DNA from: Lama glama
Lineage: Eukaryota
Length of the DNA stretch: 64,000 nucleotides
Assembly (NCBI GenBank): GCA_028534125.1
Contig: CM052816.1
Location: 45,138,001-45,202,000, forward strand
Reading direction: 5' to 3'
The number at the start of each line of letters is the position of its first letter. Positions within the stretch are counted from its first letter, which is position 1. Below the pieces are notes generated by a model. It worked only from the letters and a program-made list of their open reading frames with translations. It had not been told where the DNA came from and did not search any database. The translations under genes and the position numbers were made by a program. Below are positions 60,462 to 64,000 of the stretch, one piece after another.

Positions 60462-61795
60462 TGTTAAGATATTTTTAAAAGTCACATGTGCATCAATCCA
60501 TCTTTGGTCAAAGATAACTCCAGATAACTTTTTTTGAGAAACAAACCATAATCCCTACTCTTGCTGTTATGTGTGGTAGGGATGATCTGACCCTTGCCTT
60601 CTGGTCAACTATCCTCCGTGCCCCAAACCCAAATATACAGTGAATATGTACAGATTTTCTTCCTCTGGATCCCCATTGTGAACCTATGGTTTTTCTCATG
60701 TGTGGCCATAGGTCTTTTATCACCCTTGGTTTACTTTTCAATTAAAAAAAGCCATGATTCATCAAATAACTAGGGGCCTTTTGCAATGGAAATAATTAGA
60801 AAGTAGCCAGAGATGCCTCATGGCTTACGTCTGATCTCACTGCAGAGTCACACCCTGAGTCCCAAGGGTTGCTGGGGGAGTGGTGGAAACCAAGTCTCAA
60901 CAGTTGCCACCTGGGTTCTGGATTCAGCTGGTTTGATTTTGGATGGGGTAAGAGGCCATAGAAAGAGATAGATCATAAAAGGCCTTAAGAAATCCTTTTC
61001 AATTATAGGTGTGATGTTTTTAAAATAACCCCGTTTTCAGTGAGCTCAGTTCCACCCAAAGAGGAGACAAGTCTGCCAGTCAAAGAGAAATGACTTTGTT
61101 AAAGTTCTGCCTATAGAAATGAGGAAGAAGGAAGCTGATTTTCTTTCTTTACCCTCAGGTGCAGGGTTTATATGAAGCAGGCAATTATCTAGTTATAAGT
61201 TGAGCCAGCAAACTACAAGAAATATATCTAAGCCATAGCAGGTCCTCCCTTACAACGAATCTCTGAGGGGTCCTCTCCAGTTTCTTGAATACCAGTTCCT
61301 ACCCCAGTTGAGGGAAATTCTATGCCTTTAGTTATAATCTTAGTCACAATCTAGTATGTTCATATACCCAAAAAGCTAAAGACACACCATGTGCCAGGAG
61401 GAGGAGAAATGCCTATTTCCTTTTCCTGGATGGTCTCCTGGACCTCCCTGGGCACTGCATACATCCACTACTGCATAGGTCTTGCATCAGGGATCTACTA
61501 TAATGCCAGAAGACCATTATGGAAAAGAATAAATCATGGAAAATTAGAGCTGAAAGAGACATCCAAAGTTATCTTCTTCAGTAGTTCTTGTTGCTAGCTG
61601 TCTACTAGAATCACCGGAGGAATTATACAAAACTACCAATACCAAGCAGATGATGACTGTTAAAGGAAACAACAAATATATTAATAAGTGCATTAAATAA
61701 TCAAAAGCATTGATTATTTAATGCATTAATAAATAACACACATAAATTAAACACTTTCCTAGAAAGCTAGAAACAAAAGTAAATATTTTGAGCTA

Positions 61796-62572
61796 TGATC
61801 TTGGTTTACTCCTTTTGGGGTTTTGAGCACCCAATTTACAATGGGGGTAGGGGTTTATCCATACCACCACCAATTGTCTGGGGATACCAGGTGGCGTCCT
61901 ACAATTCAACTAAATTCTGACACTTTACCCGGAGATAGTATCCGATTCCACAGGTTAAGAGTTCAATTCAAAGCCCCTTCCCCTCAAATCTGCCCCCACC
62001 CGGGACTCCACCTCAGACAGCATAGCAAGCCCAAGTTGTCACCTCTGCTTCTGACTAACAGGCTATAGACTAGAGGTTCCTACGATCCTCTCCTTTGGGT
62101 AAAATTAATTTGCTCGAGTGGCTCAAAGGAGTCAGAGAAACATTTTACTTACTGGGTCACAGGTTTATGATAAAAGGATAAAAGTCAGGAACAGCCAGAT
62201 GGAGAGACTCACAGGGAAAGGTATGCGGAAAGGTCATGGAACTTCCACACTCTCTCCAGGAGCACCCATTCTCCCCTTCTCCTACACTCACCAACGCAGA
62301 ATGCAATTCGAACACTCGCCTTTTGGGCTTTTAAAGGAGGCTTCATTACGCAGGTAAGATTGATTAAATCATCAGCAGATAGTGATTAGCTCAACCTGTA
62401 AACCCTTACCCCTCCCTGCGTTCATCCTTAGGTGGGAGTGGGGGTGGGTCGGTCAAGTACGTCATTAACATAACAAAAGACACATTTCACTCTTCTCACT
62501 AAAGGAGCTCTGTGCTGGAAATGGGATGAAGACCAAATATATATATTTCTCATTATAAATCACAATATCACA
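61796..62572 (-). mobile_element. MER21C-like solo LTR
   Basis: The reverse complement begins 'tgtgatattgtgatttataatgagaaatatatatatttggtct'. It shares segments with the LTR at 12441. TG...CA termini; the left boundary is less certain. Confidence 0.8.
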
Positions 62573-62671
62573 CTCTACCTCACTTTGATGAATTGTACAA
62601 TGCAATCAATCAAAGAATAAGAATTGAGTACTGGCTCAAAGGTAAATCTGAAGATGTCATTAAAAAAATTA

Positions 62672-63218
62672 ATGGCAGCTTTAAAAACACGTTCACAAAT
62701 TCTTTGATATTTCTTCTTTTATGAGGTGGACCCTAATTTCCCTCTTCTTGAGGACAGTTTTAATGACTTGCTTCTAACCAACAAAATAAAGCAGAAGTTG
62801 TGATGTGAGACTTTGGAGATGTAGGTCATACAAAAGCATTGTGGTGCGCTCGCTCTTTCCCCCTCATGAGTGCACACCACTCACACCAGGGAGAAGAGTT
62901 GAAATCCATTAGGACACTCAGGCAGCCCTGCACAGCACACATTGTGATGAACTGAGGCCGTCTGCCAACTGCAGTCTGAGGGAGCCACCTTGAAAGTGGA
63001 TCCCATAGGTCCAGTTAACCCATCAGATGACTTCTCATGAAATTGCAGCTCTCATTGACAGCTTGACTGTAACCTCTGGAGATTCCTTGAGCCAGAAGCT
63101 CCTTGCTAAGCTGCTCCCAGATTCCTGACCCTCAGAAATTGTGTGAGATAATAGATGTGCATTGTTTTAAGATGTTAAGCTTTTGTGTAATTTGTTATGT
63201 GGCAACAGGTAACTATTA
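62672..63218 (+). mobile_element. MLT1F-like MaLR LTR
   Basis: 'gttcacaaattctttgat...ctaagctgctcccagattcctgaccctcagaaattgtgtgagataata...aatttgttatgtggcaacaggtaacta'. Confidence 0.85.
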
Positions 63219-63444
63219 TGGTAATACGTGATCCCTGGCCTCCACAAGTTTGCAATGCAGTTGGAGAAGTAGGTTGCAGCACAAAAAACGTTACAAACCA
63301 GGAAAGGCTCTAAATATTCTATCATATGAAGAGGACTGCTATATAGTAGAACCAGAGGATGATATCCACATTATAGTTTTTCTGAATTGAGTGCCTTAAA
63401 AGCTACGCAATTCAGAGCTTATGTAGCAGCACAGAACAGTGGAT

Positions 63445-63510
63445 TAGATAGATAGATAGATAGACAGATTTAGGGGGCTATAGATAGACAGATATTTAAG
63501 TAGATAGATG
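63445..63510 (+). repeat. Interrupted (GATA)n microsatellite
   Basis: 'tagatagatagatagatagacaga...tagatagacagat...tagatagatg'. Confidence 0.8.
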
Positions 63511-63769
63511 AGCCACGTCTTTGGCACATCTACCTTCCTCGTGGTTGTGACTTGTTTGAGGAGGCCAATGATACAACTAGTACATTAACCTGGATCTTTA
63601 CGTAGCTCATTGAGATTACACATAACATGCTACTAAAGCTTACAGTCGGATTAATAAAAAATTTTAGTTAAGGTGGTTGATTAATCATTGTGCAAGCTTA
63701 CTCTCCCAGGCATTCATGCTAACATTGTTCTTGACATTGTTTATTACCATATATTGTGTTTTCCTTGAA

Positions 63770-64000
63770 CTGTCCTAGGAGTGAACCTTAAATCCTGGTT
63801 TGTATGAAATGACCCAGCCCCTGCCAAAGCTGACTGCATTAGAGGTTGACAACCTGATTCAGACTGGAGCAACCTGAGATTCATGAGCAGGCATTAAGAA
63901 CTGGGACTTGGTTGAGGTACTTTCTTAAATGGAGGACAGGTTGGTGTATATTGTCAGCCACATTTTCTTCCACTTCTACCCAGGCAGCACAGAAATCTAG
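63770..64000 (+). mobile_element. Probable ancient MaLR LTR fragment
   Basis: 'cccagcccctgccaaagctgactgcattagaggttgacaacctgattcagactggagcaa' resembles old MLT1 cores. Confidence 0.4.

Noticed and set aside
1..64000. CRISPR arrays, operons or prokaryotic defence-type systems; a spliced multi-exon CDS built from the candidate exons
   Set aside because: The DNA is mammalian with no regularly spaced repeat-spacer units. The candidate exons do not join into a recognisable protein on either strand.

Overview
AT-rich mammalian genomic DNA, almost certainly camelid (alpaca/llama/camel): four copies of the tRNA-derived Vic-1-type SINE are present. I can recognise no protein-coding gene, RNA gene or CRISPR array, so the window reads as a large intron or intergenic interval. 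A large part is layered transposon fossils: HAL1/L1M, L1MA9-like and camelid L1, L2, MIR, MaLR (MLT1) and MER21 LTRs, a decayed ERVL provirus, and the hAT elements MER5, MER63 and MER81. Many keep readable target-site duplications (TSDs). The ORFs with recognisable homology are all broken L1/HAL1/ERVL remnants. The non-repeat stretches hold candidate regulatory signals: recurring TALE-homeodomain motifs (PBX/MEIS, HOX), a perfect DR4 nuclear-receptor element, a G4/i-motif tract with paired kB sites and an orphan CpG-rich patch. They also hold two long perfect inverted repeats, an unexplained 32-bp direct repeat, several exon-like segments and one transmembrane-like small ORF. I found no convincing evidence of a new multi-component biological system. 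Repeat subfamily names come from recalled consensus sequences rather than a database search, and boundaries without a TSD are approximate.
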